Shown here piece by piece: positions 24,101 to 36,348 of a stretch of 64,000 nucleotides of DNA; position 1 is the first letter of the stretch, and every line of letters begins with the position of its first letter. The stretch lies in the NCBI GenBank assembly GCA_048013815.1, contig CM106586.1:15376001-15440000 (forward strand). Direction: 5' to 3'. Source of the DNA: Setoptus koraiensis. Taxonomy: Eukaryota; Animalia; Arthropoda. Position numbers and translations under genes: made by a program. The notes under the pieces are model-generated. The model did no database searches. It saw only the letters and a program-made list of their open reading frames with translations, and was not told the DNA's origin.

Positions 24101-26214
24101 TAATTGGCCAGTGATGACAGTGAGGGGCAAATTGAAATTGAGTGACGGGCAATCGTCAAGTTCGTCGGTTTCAGTGCTCGTCGGTCAGTTTGTCATCAGC
24201 GATTCATTAGAAAGGGATGAGATGAGAGACAATGGCGACAACAACAACAGATACGAGTGCAAGAGTTCACTTTTGATTGATCGCTCATCGGCTGGCCTCA
24301 TTATGTTGGCATGGTGCTTCATAATGAATACACAGCCACCGACTCATTTGGCCGGCCGCAAATGCGTTTAAATCGCACACAAATCCGCACAATATTGACA
24401 TGCACAATTGGCAAGACCGCGTTGGCAAGACCGCAATCATTAGAGGTGAGATTTTGAGAGGATATATCAGTCTGATCAATCAGATGGATGTGATAGACCG
24501 GCTCGCGTGGCGACATCTGCAGGACGGTGGTTCACTTTCGAGTTGAGCAGTTAGTGTCGAATGAGCGCCACAGATGGCGACACTTATCCCCGTATTCATG
24601 CGTGAATATTGGCATCAATCAATGCGACATCAATACACAATAATAATAGTGATAGCAATAATAATTCCCCTGTTCATCAATTCCAGTTTGTCCATGGGCT
24701 AACAACACATACAATTTTTATGATACAAACCAACAGGTGAACAGGTGAGCCTGCGAACGGATTGCGAGTCGCTCGATTGTTTGCAACGAGTTACATAATT
24801 GAGAGTTGAACCGACAACAATTGTGAGTGCAGCCGAACCGCGATGGAAACGCGAAAGAAAAGTTGGCCGGCCGCAAATTTGCGCATTTTGCCATTTTGCC
24901 ACTTTGTCTGTTCGCTGTGATCATTTTGTCACCAGTTGGTCAGTTGTGTGACAATTCGGTTTCATTGTGACAACGGCGACAACAAGTGCTCGACAGTGTG
25001 AGTGTCCGAACATGGATGCTAATAATAACCGCGCCTTTGTTGCCTGCCACAGAGTGGATATCATATTCATGAATCATGACGAAGAATATGAGCCAGTGTC
25101 CGGCCAACGCTGTTGTGCCAATGGCAGAAAGTGCAAAAATGAGATTTAATTCAGCGGTCAGCCGAATTGGATCGCCGTTGTTTGCAGCGTGCAATCACAG
25201 CCAAATTGCGAATGGTCGCTGTTGGTTTAGTGGCAACGTCGGCCGGTCGCGGCCATTCGAGTGACATTGTGACTGCAACGGGATGAGTTGGTCATGATGA
25301 CATTGCCACGATTAAAACTGTCGCTGACAATGGCCGCTGCATGCTCGAATTTCGCGTTATCAGTGGATATCGGTTCAGCGGGCTGGTCGGGCGAGCGGCC
25401 ATTATATTCAATTGGAGCGACATTCGATTAGCATGCACTGGACATGACATTGGCGCTGACCAAAGGCGAGGGCCGGAGACGAATCCTTATATGAACGATT
25501 GCTGGCAACGACGCGGCGAAGTGCTCCAATTCCTAAATGCTCGCGTATGTTTCTGCGAAGTTGCAACAATTTTCGGCGCTGTTCGCGGGCGTATTAGCGG
25601 CCACATTAGCCGGCCGTTTGCTGTCGCTCGGGTCGGCGCATTCGGCTTATTGGGCGCGTTTGCGGGACGCTGGCGAGAAACGGCGACACTACAAACGGAC
25701 AGGTAATTATTAGCCAGGGATCTGGGTCAGGCCGGCGGGGCATGGCGGGGCATTTGCGCGCCAGCGGCGACAAAAATGCCGACCAAAACACCAACACAAA
25801 AGCGTGTTTTGGGGGCCAGGGTCAGGAGTCACGACGGCGACACTTGTCGGCATTGTTGTCGGCTCCGTTGTCGGGCAAATTATACGCTGTTGGCCGGCGG
25901 ACCGGCCGAGCTGCAGCGCGGCCATCGTGCAACGCCACCTATCCATCATAACGGCACAACGCTTTGTTTGTCGCAAGTTGCAACAAACAAAAAGTTGCTC
26001 AAAACTTTTGAGTCAAAAGGCGCCCTCGCCACTCTCCAATTTCTCGCCAGCGACTTGCCAGCAGCATATGTATGCCAGATATAATGTAACCATGCGACTG
26101 TGGCAACAAAAGACGCTCGACAGCGCCATTGAGCCGGCACCTATTCACGGATGAACCCGACTATAACTCAACCAACGATAGCTCACTATTCATCGACTCG
26201 ATGAATGGCGATGA

Positions 26215-26309
26215 ATAGCCGTGGATAGCCGTGGATAGCCGTGGATAGCCGTGGATAGCCGTGGATAGCCGTGGATAGCCGTGGATAGCCGTGGATAGCC
26301 GTGGATAGC
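26215..26309. repeat. 10-bp tandem repeat GTGGATAGCC x9
   Basis: Direct reading. Confidence 0.97.
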
Positions 26310-28298
26310 GGCCAATTGATGCTGTGATTAGCGGCAGCGATGAATGGGCAACAATCGTGACCGTCATCTTTTTATCAACAGTTAACAACAGATAACTGTG
26401 TGTTTGCGGTGTCGTATTGTGGTCAGCATTGCGCAACGTCTTGCCAGCCAGCAACCTGTTGCCGGCGCGCTCGTTTGTTCGTTTGTTTGTGCCTCGCTCT
26501 GTCATCCTGATTCTCGGCTCGCCGCTGACACTACCGAGTCAGTGGCGCTGACTGTCAGTTGTAGTGCTGACTGTCAGTTGTGATGCCGTCGCCAGGTATG
26601 AGTTACCCATTGCGCAACCGCAAACGGTGCACAAGTGGCGTGAATAGATGTCAGCTGATGCGGCACAAATGTGGCCGTGAATATCAAGCCGTCACTCGAT
26701 AACATCAATATTATTATGTATAAACATATTGCGTAATAATAACCATATTCACCAATCTTTGTGTGTGTGCGCTATGCCAAATGCTCCAAATCAAGTTCAT
26801 CGCAAGCAACAGCGGTGTTACACTTTTCAAACACCGACACTGTCAGCTGGTCAGCGTTGTGGTCAGCGTAAGCTGGCCACAATGCGGCTCACTGTTAATA
26901 TGTCATGCTCTCTCGACAGCCAACAGTGACCACTTAGCACTAGCATTGGCCAGCCACTAGTGGCCAGCTCATGACGTAATCATGGCGCAATATGATCTAT
27001 GTGCAGCAACAAGCAGCAACAGAGAGTGACCAGTTAACCACGCTAACGCGATGGCTTCAATGGCGCTAAATATCTAATCTGCGCCATATTCACCATTTAA
27101 CTCTTGCGTCATGCGCTCGAGCTGCTGTGATATCATCGCATCGATCTTGTCGGCCGTAAATACCTGACCAATAATCTATGTGGCTAGTGGTGTTGATCAC
27201 TGGACACAAACACAAAAAACGCTTCTCTCTTTTTGGTGTCCCTCTTGCTGGCTTGTTGTCCCTTAGCTGGCTATCCGATGGCTGACATTGCAACTGCCAG
27301 AGATGGATATTTATGTGTTTCAATGCGCAAATGTTCCAGTCCATTCAATATCCAGTGTTTACCGATCAATATTCAACTATTACATTACTATTGTGTGCGC
27401 TGCGAGACAAGAGCGCCAGACAGGCCGTATGAGACGAGATTTACCTGTCGAAGAGTGATTAATCCCTAGTGTCCATCGACGATCGTTGTGCACAACATAT
27501 CTGTATAATATATCTGAATATCTGTATATCTATATATCCGTGTAATGTGGTAATACAATGGCCGATGACGACGAGAAAGCGCCGCCACTCGATGATGAGC
27601 AACTGAGTGTGATTGAATCAAGATTCACGCATGAATTTGCGATTGATAACTGTCGGCTAAATCGAGTGGCATTTTATAAATGAGCGGCAATTTAGTGCAA
27701 TCAGGTCACCACTATCACTGTTGACTACACACAAACACTGTCCATGATTAGGCTAATGTTTGCCTGGTATGGCACAGTCGGCTGGACATTGCGTCAGACA
27801 TGGATATGAGCAGCGAGCAACAACAACGCAACAACAGCAACAACAGCAAGCAACAACAACAGCAAGCAACAACAACAGCAAGCAACAACAACAACAAAAA
27901 TAATAATAAAAGTGTTGCTAGTTGCGGTGGGATTTTCTCCTCTGTCACCTGTGTCCTGTGTCACTGTTGGCTCTGTCGTATGACTCATACGGTATGAGTG
28001 CTGTTTGTGCCATGTCAACAGCAGCAACAACAGCAACGACAACAGCAACGCCGACAGCGACAACAATGCAACAATCGATTATGCAACAACCAACTGGCAA
28101 GTGCAAACTGGCTCACCTGTTGCGCCTGCCACAGTGCGCGCCAGCAGCAAGTGAATGCACAAGCGATTACCTGTTGTCGAACGGCGTCCAATAATCGGCT
28201 CATCTAACGGTCCAATGATCGCGCTGTGAGCGGACAGTCGCAACGACAGTGCCGCATGAACAGGTGATGTTGCGTTGGCCGTGGAATTGAATGACACA

Positions 28299-28375
28299 CT
28301 GGATACACACTGGATACACACTGGATATTCACTGGACATTCGCTGGATATTCGCTGGATATTCGCTGGATATACG
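28299..28375. repeat. 11-bp degenerate tandem repeat CTGGATA(C/T)(A/T)C(A/G) x7
   Basis: Units at 28299, 28310, 28321, 28332, 28343, 28354, 28365. Confidence 0.9.
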
Positions 28376-30466
28376 AGAGCAGCGAGGCAACAATGAGAAA
28401 CGCTTCGCACAAACAAACAGACTTTCTCTAACTGTTTTCTCTCTATAGGCAGTGAATCTGTGTCTGCATAGGCATCTAGGCGACACTCACAACCATTGAA
28501 CTCTTTGTGAATGTCACACACACACACTGTTGTAATGTACGCCATTATGTAACTGTAAATATATACATGAGAACAACGGACAATAATAGCAGAATGTCAT
28601 ATGCGGTCACCTTGATATTTGTTGTCAGGCCTGGCGATGGGTCGATATCGACATTGCACTCCAATGATTGCGGCCACATCGGCCAGTGAAACCAATGGAA
28701 AGTCAGTCTTCACTCTGGCCACACTTCATTCATTGATTCGTACGTGAGTTTAATCTGTCTAAAAGTCTTAACCATTCATTATTATTATCATTATTGTGTG
28801 CATCGGCCACAAATAGACGCCAACAGAGAGAGAGAAAAGTCCCAATCGCGACCAAAGCCAAGATGCATCATTGATTGCATCATATCAATTGGTGGCCGGC
28901 GTCTCAGCAACAATTGACGGCACCAAATTGTTTTTGTTGCCCATCATTCATTTCCAATCTCATCTCAAATCGCTGGCCCGCGCATCAAATCGGGCTCATC
29001 GAGCCCGTTGCTCGGCCAGCCATTTCATCATTACGGCGATTGTTGTCGTGGTTGTCGTTGTTGTCGTTGTTGTCGTTGTCGACGACCATTAAAAGGACCA
29101 TTCTCTCATGCTCTCACGCCCAATTGTGGATGCGCCTCGCTGTCGAGGCAAATCGCTCAACGTGAGCCAAATGTTAGTTTGCTGCTTTATGTCGGGCTCG
29201 CACTCGTTCAAATTTGGGGGATTCACCTATGAACTTGTGGGCGACAAACAGAGATTTGTGCTGCTTTTCGACTACGACGCCGACAATTGTTATTATAAAA
29301 TTGTTATTATTCAGACATTTATCGCTCACTCGCCGGTCCATCCACGGCAAGCAATATGCGCGGCGCGACTGGCCATTCGAACTTGCAATTTCGAAACGAC
29401 CTGTCAGCTGGCCTACAATTGCCAATCTCATGCGTCTCAACTATCGTCACCAAATTGCATCACAGTTGCATCACATGTTGCATCACATATGAGAATGTGC
29501 GACAAACATGATTCGGCAGCCTCATTAACAATTCAATCCTTTAACCCTAATTACGCTTCAACAATTAGGCGAAAAGTGTGCGATTATCCAGACACACACA
29601 CACAAATATAATTACATAATAACAAATAGAATGGCTGAAGTGCATTAATTATATCATGTTATCATATTATCAGGTATGAATTAATAATTCAGAATTATTA
29701 TTGAATTAAATTGGTTTAGAGGCAGATTGAGAGTGCTGAAACGGACAATGGCGACAAGCGTCGTAGGCGATCGTAATTGAGCGCGATTAAGACACAAACT
29801 GGACGTCATGCCGCATGATTCATGCGACACTCTACAGTATCTGTAATATCCGGCCGAGGCCATATTGCACTGGACATTGTCGGACAATGTCGCATAATAG
29901 TGTGGAGAGTCGGCAGCCACTATCCTTTTGCACCTTGCGTCGGCCACAAACTAACGGCATGCGACTGGCCAGCCGTTAGTTTGTGAGCGCGACTATTAAT
30001 CTGTATCCATCTGTCGTATTATACGAGTCGTATTATACGAGTCGTATTATACGAGTCGCATTTATCACAGGCCAGTCATATATCACACAGGTGAGCATGG
30101 CTGGTTGGCATGACACTTCTAGTGTGCAGCGTGCACAGTGTACAGTGTGCATACATTACATAAGACTCTTCATGAGACATTACATAAGACTGTTGCACTG
30201 TACGCTAGGTTACACTGTTACCAGGTATGATGGCAAACGAAATGATGATACAACGCAACACACAAACCAATTTGTCTTAACCCAATTCAGTTGGTAATGA
30301 ATAAAATTATTACATTGCCCACTGGACACACACAGTTCATTAGAATGATTGCACCATATACGACCTGTTGATTTGAGCACGCTGGCTGCTTAAATTAAAT
30401 ACTGCAACTTGATACCGTTCAATCCGTTTTCAACACCACCGAGCAACCCGACTCACCTGTTGCCGT

Positions 30467-30467
<1 letters not shown>

Positions 30468-30507
<40 letters not shown>
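30468..30507. repeat. (CA)20 microsatellite
   Basis: Direct reading. Confidence 0.95.
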
Positions 30508-30508
<1 letters not shown>

Positions 30509-33500
30509 CGTGACGGCACAGTCCACTAATGGCCACAACAGGTGAGTGGCTTATTGGTGCCGCATGGTCGCAATAAAATGGCTTGGTCAGCTTTGTAGCT
30601 ACCTGTTCTGTAGTTTGTGTGCGTCCGTGTGTGTGTCCAACTGTCTGATCATCGGAGTCTGATGCAATCATTGCGACAACACCGACAGCAGCAGCAACAA
30701 CGACAGCAGCAACAGCAGCAACTGGTCGCAACTAGGATGTCTACTCTAGTTGCATCATCATTCAAGTAGTCATCTTTAGGGCAGCGATGGCACGCAATTG
30801 AGCCTAATGAAGCGTCACCAGCACTTATTGCGACGGCCAGCGTCTCCTTGTGGCGCTTGCCGTCGCAGAGATCGTCGTCGGCCACTTGTTGCTGTTGTGT
30901 CGTTGTTGTTGTTGTTGCTGCTGTTGCTGCTGCTGTTGTTGCTGTTGCTGCTGTTGCTGTTGTCGCTGTTGCGTCGCTGGGTATCCATGGATACGCAACA
31001 CAACGACAACAACAACAACAACAACACATTAGAAATAACAACAACATGAAAAAAGTCATGCATAGCTAATAATTTAGAATACAGTAGTGGAAATTGGGTT
31101 GCCGATGGCGCAGCCCAGCCGGCCGACGCTGCACTCTGGCCGCCAGAGTCTGGCGTCGCCGTCCTACAGCGACCGTGTGCCAAGACCGTGTGCTCGGCGC
31201 TGGCTTGATTTATCTGTCGCCAGTCAGCTGACTGGCGCTGTCAGGAGAGATGCTAAAATTTACGATTAAAAGTTGATTTGAGGGTCTCTCGTCGGACGAC
31301 ACACCGTACAGCACCGTGCGCTGCGATGTGAGCGTCAGTGAGCAAATCAATTCGTAGCGACTCGCTTCAAAAGTCAAACCAGTCGCCGCTTCCAACCACG
31401 ACGACCAGCAAATAAATAAAATACAGTCCAAATGAAATAACCAAATAAATTGGAGCTGCCCGAACAAGGATCAATCCGTTCGAGGCGGCACATTGAGCGC
31501 AACGCGGACTGTGTCGTCGTTTACTGTACTAGCGACCCAAGCGACAGTGCCAAAAATGAACTTGAACAGCGCCACTTGCCAGTGGAATCCAGTTGCCAAT
31601 GGTCCGACACCGAGTAATCGCATAATCGGAGCTTGCCCGTTATGCGACCCACAGTGGGCAGAATGGGCAAAAGTGATGTAACTTACAAGTGAACTTACAT
31701 CATACTTAGTGGTGTTCGAGTGGCCACAATTGGCGCCGGCTAGCGGCCGAGCAATTGTGCCAGCCAAGTCGGTGACATGATGGCAATTTATTATTAGCAT
31801 CAATATCTCGGCTACTTGCAACAGGACACATAACTTGGTTCATAACTTTAGATGGCGCTCATTAAGAATAAATGTTCAGCGACACCGAGGCTGACCAGTT
31901 AGAAAATTGATGAAAAGTTGAGCGATGATGCGCCAGCTAGCAAAGCGTGACAGTTGCGCGAGATCGTGATACAAATGAATCAGTGATTGTGCTAATTATT
32001 AATCATGTTTGATGTTTATTTTTGTCAGATCGAGGGGGCGCTCCGCTGACGAGCGGCCAGATGAGTCACTTCCAACGGGCAACCAATTCAACATGCCAGC
32101 TCGCCTCGCAAACCTCGTCGCTCGCCTCGCAAACCTCGTCGCTGGCAGTTTCTGGCTGCGATGGCAAGTTAAGGTGTCGCTTGTGTCGTTTTCATGAATG
32201 AGATCAGATCGATTAGATAAGACGCGACTGACCGTGCCGCTGTCGATACTTGCAGTGACGTCCAGAGAATCGGAAAACATGTCACTGTCACATTTCACTG
32301 TCTTTTTTAGAAAGCGCCACTGAGCGGCCGACTGAATTGGCCAGCTTCAGCGAGCTATGATACGAGCTATTATACGGGCCATCATACGAGATATAATATG
32401 TAACGAAATCGGCATTGTCACGTGGCGCGTGACTCGCGTTAATATGTCGCTTGATCCAATTTTAATCAGCGTCATAGCGACTTACCTGTGAATATTGGCC
32501 CCATTGACGGTCCGTTCGGTGGTCGTTGGCCATTGTTGAGCTGGCCTCGGCGACTCTGTTGGGATGGCGCGATTTGTTGTTGAAATTATCCATTGTCTAA
32601 TTAGTGGTATAACTGTTTCGTGGTCTTGCAAACTAATTGTTGTTTGTTCTGTGCGATATTGATATTTTGAGCAGCTTCATCATTGAGTTATTGTCGCTGT
32701 TGCACTGTATTATCACTTGCTATCACTGATAAGTATCACAAAAGTTACAAAATATTCAAATATTCACTCACTGATATTCGTTGAATGATTCAGATTGGGC
32801 GCTTGCGAACCGCAGTTGATGGCATACTGACTATTGCTTATAATGCTTGCCTAATTGATGTTATGAACGTTGATGTTGTGACGTAACATGGGACGGCTTG
32901 AGAATGGTTTGATCAGGGTCAATTGTGTTTTCTGCTGACTATAAATGATAATTGCTTGCTTGTCGGATGACAAGTTTGGTTGTTAACACTAGATGGCTGC
33001 GATGATCACTTTAAATAAATAAACATATCGGCCCGTTGTGTGGCGTATGCAAAAATGGCTTCGAAGCAAAATATTTCAGCGCACTTGAGTTGTCTGTTTA
33101 GTGCTGAGTTATGAACAAAAGTTTTCTTCACTTTTAGCTGGCTTGGCGCGCTTACCAATAAACTAATTACTTTTGCAACAATTGTTGTTGTCCTAACGTT
33201 ATTGTTGTAATGAGATTACAGCAATAACGTAATTAACAATGCCCGATAATGGCAGCTTACAGATATGCCAATATCTACACAGAGACAGACCGACAGTGTC
33301 CGTTGATACCTTGATCTTGTTGATTGTCGTCGTTGGAGAGCTCGCCACGACAGAGAATTCGCACAGACGCTTCTATATCGGGCAATAAATAATTGTCAAT
33401 TCTCCAGCAAGCTAGCTAGCACAGGTAAGCTAGTTGCTTGCCTGTGTCATTCCCTGCTCATTCCCCCTCACTGTTTTCTCTAGCGCTTGCGCTTGTCGGC

Positions 33501-33862
33501 GCTGTCCTTCCCTTACCTTGGCCGTGCCAGTCTATTAATATGAACTGGGCTGAATTAAGCTTCGTCCGAGAGAATATATATATTCCGGCACAAGCAAGAA
33601 TAGAAAAGAAAAACAAGTTGCGATGATTTACCGCTATTTCCATTCAACTGCCATGATCGGCAACTGGCGCCACCGATGCCAGCCATTGATATGATGCAAC
33701 TTTCCACTGCACTGACTCCTCCTCGATGAATTGTCGCAAAGTCCAACAGTCTATCGAATGGCCACAAAGATGGCGCCACATCTGTAGTTTGCCAAACAAT
33801 CTGTACATCTATACATTACAGGTGTAACTCGGTTCGTATCATACGAATCGTATGCCGATTCA

Positions 33863-34193
33863 TTCACGTGAACGAAGCGAACAAACAATCAGAAATTCAT
33901 CGGATAAACATAATTCATAACCTTGGATGGTTCATTTAGATATCGCTGGACTCATGTGACAGTTGTTGTTGGTGCGGTATTTAGCGGAAGTGATCTAGTA
34001 ACAATTGTCAGTGGCGAATTGACAATTATCAATCAACAATCGATGACACAACTTTGCTTTGTTTGTCCTCATGCAACTCCGTACCCGCTGCCCGCAATAC
34101 CGCTACGGGCGTGGCAATTCCGCGGGATGAACGCCCACGGCAGCGTTTTGGCACACGTTACATGGCTGTGCAGGGGAAAACATTCTCACGTGA
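33863..34193. promoter_or_regulatory. Two palindromic CACGTG E-boxes upstream of RRP15 (TTCACGTGAA 33863-33872, TCACGTGA 34186-34193)
   Basis: Motifs seen directly. Myc/Max E-boxes are typical of ribosome-biogenesis gene promoters. Function is inferred. Confidence 0.4.
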
Positions 34194-34296
34194 TTAAATT
34201 CCGACAATTCTGTCTTCTTTCCGTCCACTGACTACAATCCAATCTTTCGTTTTATACTCATCATTATAATTATTATCTCACCCTCTCATTGTCAGT

Positions 34297-34665
34297 ATGG
34301 ACTCAGAACCGGGGCCCGGCTGGGCTGATGCCGTGTCCAAAATATTGAAAATGGGTACCATGAAGCCCAAGAAAAATAAGATATTGTCCAAGGCCAAAAT
34401 TGATTCGGATAGCAGCAAAGAAAAGAGGACTGGCGAACCATCGCAAACTACTAAAACAAGAAAGAAAACTAGAAAGGAAAAACCAGAATTCCTGACGAAA
34501 AGACTAAAAGCCGATTCAGATCATCTCAGTAGTTTAGAAAAAGATCTTAAAGCCATCGCCACTGGTGGAGTTGTGCAACTGTTTAACGCAGTTAAAGCTG
34601 TTAATCCCAATTCCGACAAGACTGGCAAGAAGAAGAAGAAGAAAAAGAAGAAAAAAATGAGATGA
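34297..34665 (+). CDS. RRP15: RRP15-like ribosome biogenesis protein, 122 aa, single exon
   Basis: ATG-started ORF with both recalled RRP15 hallmarks, GWADAVSKIL and EKDLKAIATGGVVQLFNAV. Ends in a poly-Lys tail. AATAAA at 34688-34693. Confidence 0.88.
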   Translation: MDSEPGPGWADAVSKILKMGTMKPKKNKILSKAKIDSDSSKEKRTGEPSQTTKTRKKTRKEKPEFLTKRLKADSDHLSSLEKDLKAIATGGVVQLFNAVKAVNPNSDKTGKKKKKKKKKKMR

Positions 34666-34687
34666 TCAGCACCCAGATTATAATGTA

Positions 34688-34693
34688 AATAAA
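34688..34693 (+). terminator. Probable polyadenylation signal of RRP15
   Basis: AATAAA 23 nt after the stop, inside the 117-bp gap to the convergent REXO5 stop. Confidence 0.55.
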
Positions 34694-34782
34694 AACAAAG
34701 AGTCCCTTATCAAATGATCGGTCATGGCAAAAAAAAATTTATGATTTTTTATATTGATTACATCGAAGAAATGTTGCCGGTT

Positions 34783-36348
34783 TCAGAATTTTACATAACA
34801 TGAGCCTGTGCTCGTCAAAACAACACAAATGGCCAACCTCGTCTCTATTAGCTTTGTTATGCTTTCCTTGATCTGATCTCCAACAGGCTGCTCGTCATCA
34901 TGTATGTATAGGAACCTAGCGTTAGGCGAATGATCTATTTCACAAAAAACTAGATTAGTGTTGTGTCTCGCCACGAATTTGTTAATTGGTATGCTTGCCA
35001 TACCTGTCCTAACATCATACTTAACACCCAATTCCGCGTCTTTTACCACTTGGTCACCAAAACTTAAACCATTGACAAGCTTTAGTTTAACCAGTTCCAT
35101 GGCGGTGATTGCGTCTTCAACTGAGTCGTGGCCTTTCTTTTTATTTGTTTGGATTTCTCTATCTAAAAATGTGTAAGCTAAACTCTTGAGACTGGGCTTC
35201 AACGGCCTGTTACCAGTGAGATTGTATATTATACTGGTATCTATTACATATGGGTGGAACACATTGAGTGCCTGGAAATCGTTATTTAGCGAATGACCGC
35301 AAATGATGGCATTCCTAGGTAAAAAGTCACGTATCGCTTCAAGTATATCCTCTAAAGTCGTCGTCACTGGATCAAGGATCTCTTTTGTGATACCACTATA
35401 TTTGGTTAGATAATCAACAATTTTGTTTGGTGGCTTGACGTATTGATCCAAGATTGTGGCATATTCCTCGTCCACAATAGATATTCTGGTGAGTTCGGAT
35501 TTTTTGGCGTCAGTGAGACACATTTCACAATCGATTGCGAACATTCTTGATTTATTAGTGACTTCTTTCAATGTTGACCTAAAATGGACCACATCATCAT
35601 CCAAAACTGGTAGTAATAAAGATTTGTGAGGAGTCATAAAAACGTTAGTTATCAAGTCGGTGGAAGTGAGCACATTTAACGTTCGTTTGTTTTCTAGACA
35701 TTGCCTACCTGGTATGGGGAAGCCCTCGGTGATCATTTGAATGGGAGACAATAGTAATGATGTTCTTGGTATGCTTTCCAGCTTAGCTGATTGGTCAATC
35801 TTGTATTTGATGTGGTTTGATTGATCATTGAGTGAATTTGATTTAGCTTGCTGACGGCGAGATAACGGAATATTGATCAATACCTGGAGCCAGTCTGGTG
35901 CAGTTTGAAATTTGAATATGTGATTGAATTTATAGGGTGACTCATTGAGCCAATCTAAATCGCCATTATCATTAACAAGGAATATTCCTACATTGGGCGC
36001 TCTCATGCACCTCAACACCCTACACCATTTTGGTGGCGCCGACAATCTTGGTTCGGGTAGTAATAGTGCCACTAAAAACGCTTGCATATCCTGCAATGTG
36101 AGCAACTTTTTAACTTGTTCAGATTCTTCTTGTTCTACGTCGTCGTCATCGTCATCTATTTGACCCTCTTCTTTTACATCATCCACCACAAAGGTTGGAT
36201 GGTTTATCCTGGCCAATTCACCATCTGGTAGTACGGTTAATCTGGGCTCCGGCATGGCAAATAATTTGTGGTCTGATAGACACTTTTTCAATGCAGAACG
36301 ATATTCCTCTAAACAACAATCGGATAATGGTACAATAGCTGACGCCAT
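34783..36348 (-). CDS. REXO5: REXO5/Rex1 (NEF-sp)-type DEDDh 3'-5' RNA exonuclease, 521 aa, single exon
   Basis: ExoI AIDCEM, ExoII GHSLNNDF and ExoIII GHDSVED motifs. Upstream segments PKWCRVLR and RTSLLLSPIQMITEGFPIP match the REXO5/Rex1 subfamily as recalled. No C-terminal RRM seen. Confidence 0.85.
   Translation of the reverse strand: MASAIVPLSDCCLEEYRSALKKCLSDHKLFAMPEPRLTVLPDGELARINHPTFVVDDVKEEGQIDDDDDDVEQEESEQVKKLLTLQDMQAFLVALLLPEPRLSAPPKWCRVLRCMRAPNVGIFLVNDNGDLDWLNESPYKFNHIFKFQTAPDWLQVLINIPLSRRQQAKSNSLNDQSNHIKYKIDQSAKLESIPRTSLLLSPIQMITEGFPIPGRQCLENKRTLNVLTSTDLITNVFMTPHKSLLLPVLDDDVVHFRSTLKEVTNKSRMFAIDCEMCLTDAKKSELTRISIVDEEYATILDQYVKPPNKIVDYLTKYSGITKEILDPVTTTLEDILEAIRDFLPRNAIICGHSLNNDFQALNVFHPYVIDTSIIYNLTGNRPLKPSLKSLAYTFLDREIQTNKKKGHDSVEDAITAMELVKLKLVNGLSFGDQVVKDAELGVKYDVRTGMASIPINKFVARHNTNLVFCEIDHSPNARFLYIHDDEQPVGDQIKESITKLIETRLAICVVLTSTGSCYVKF

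Noticed and set aside
30981-30994. YPWI on both strands, resembling a Hox hexapeptide
   Set aside because: It is a 14-bp DNA palindrome (GTATCCATGGATAC) amid triplet repeats, with no homeobox exon nearby on either strand.
16-33400. Hundreds of 60-215 aa ORFs in the track
   Set aside because: Mostly translations of micro- or minisatellites, or GC-rich chance frames, often open on both strands and started at non-ATG codons. No domain recognised.
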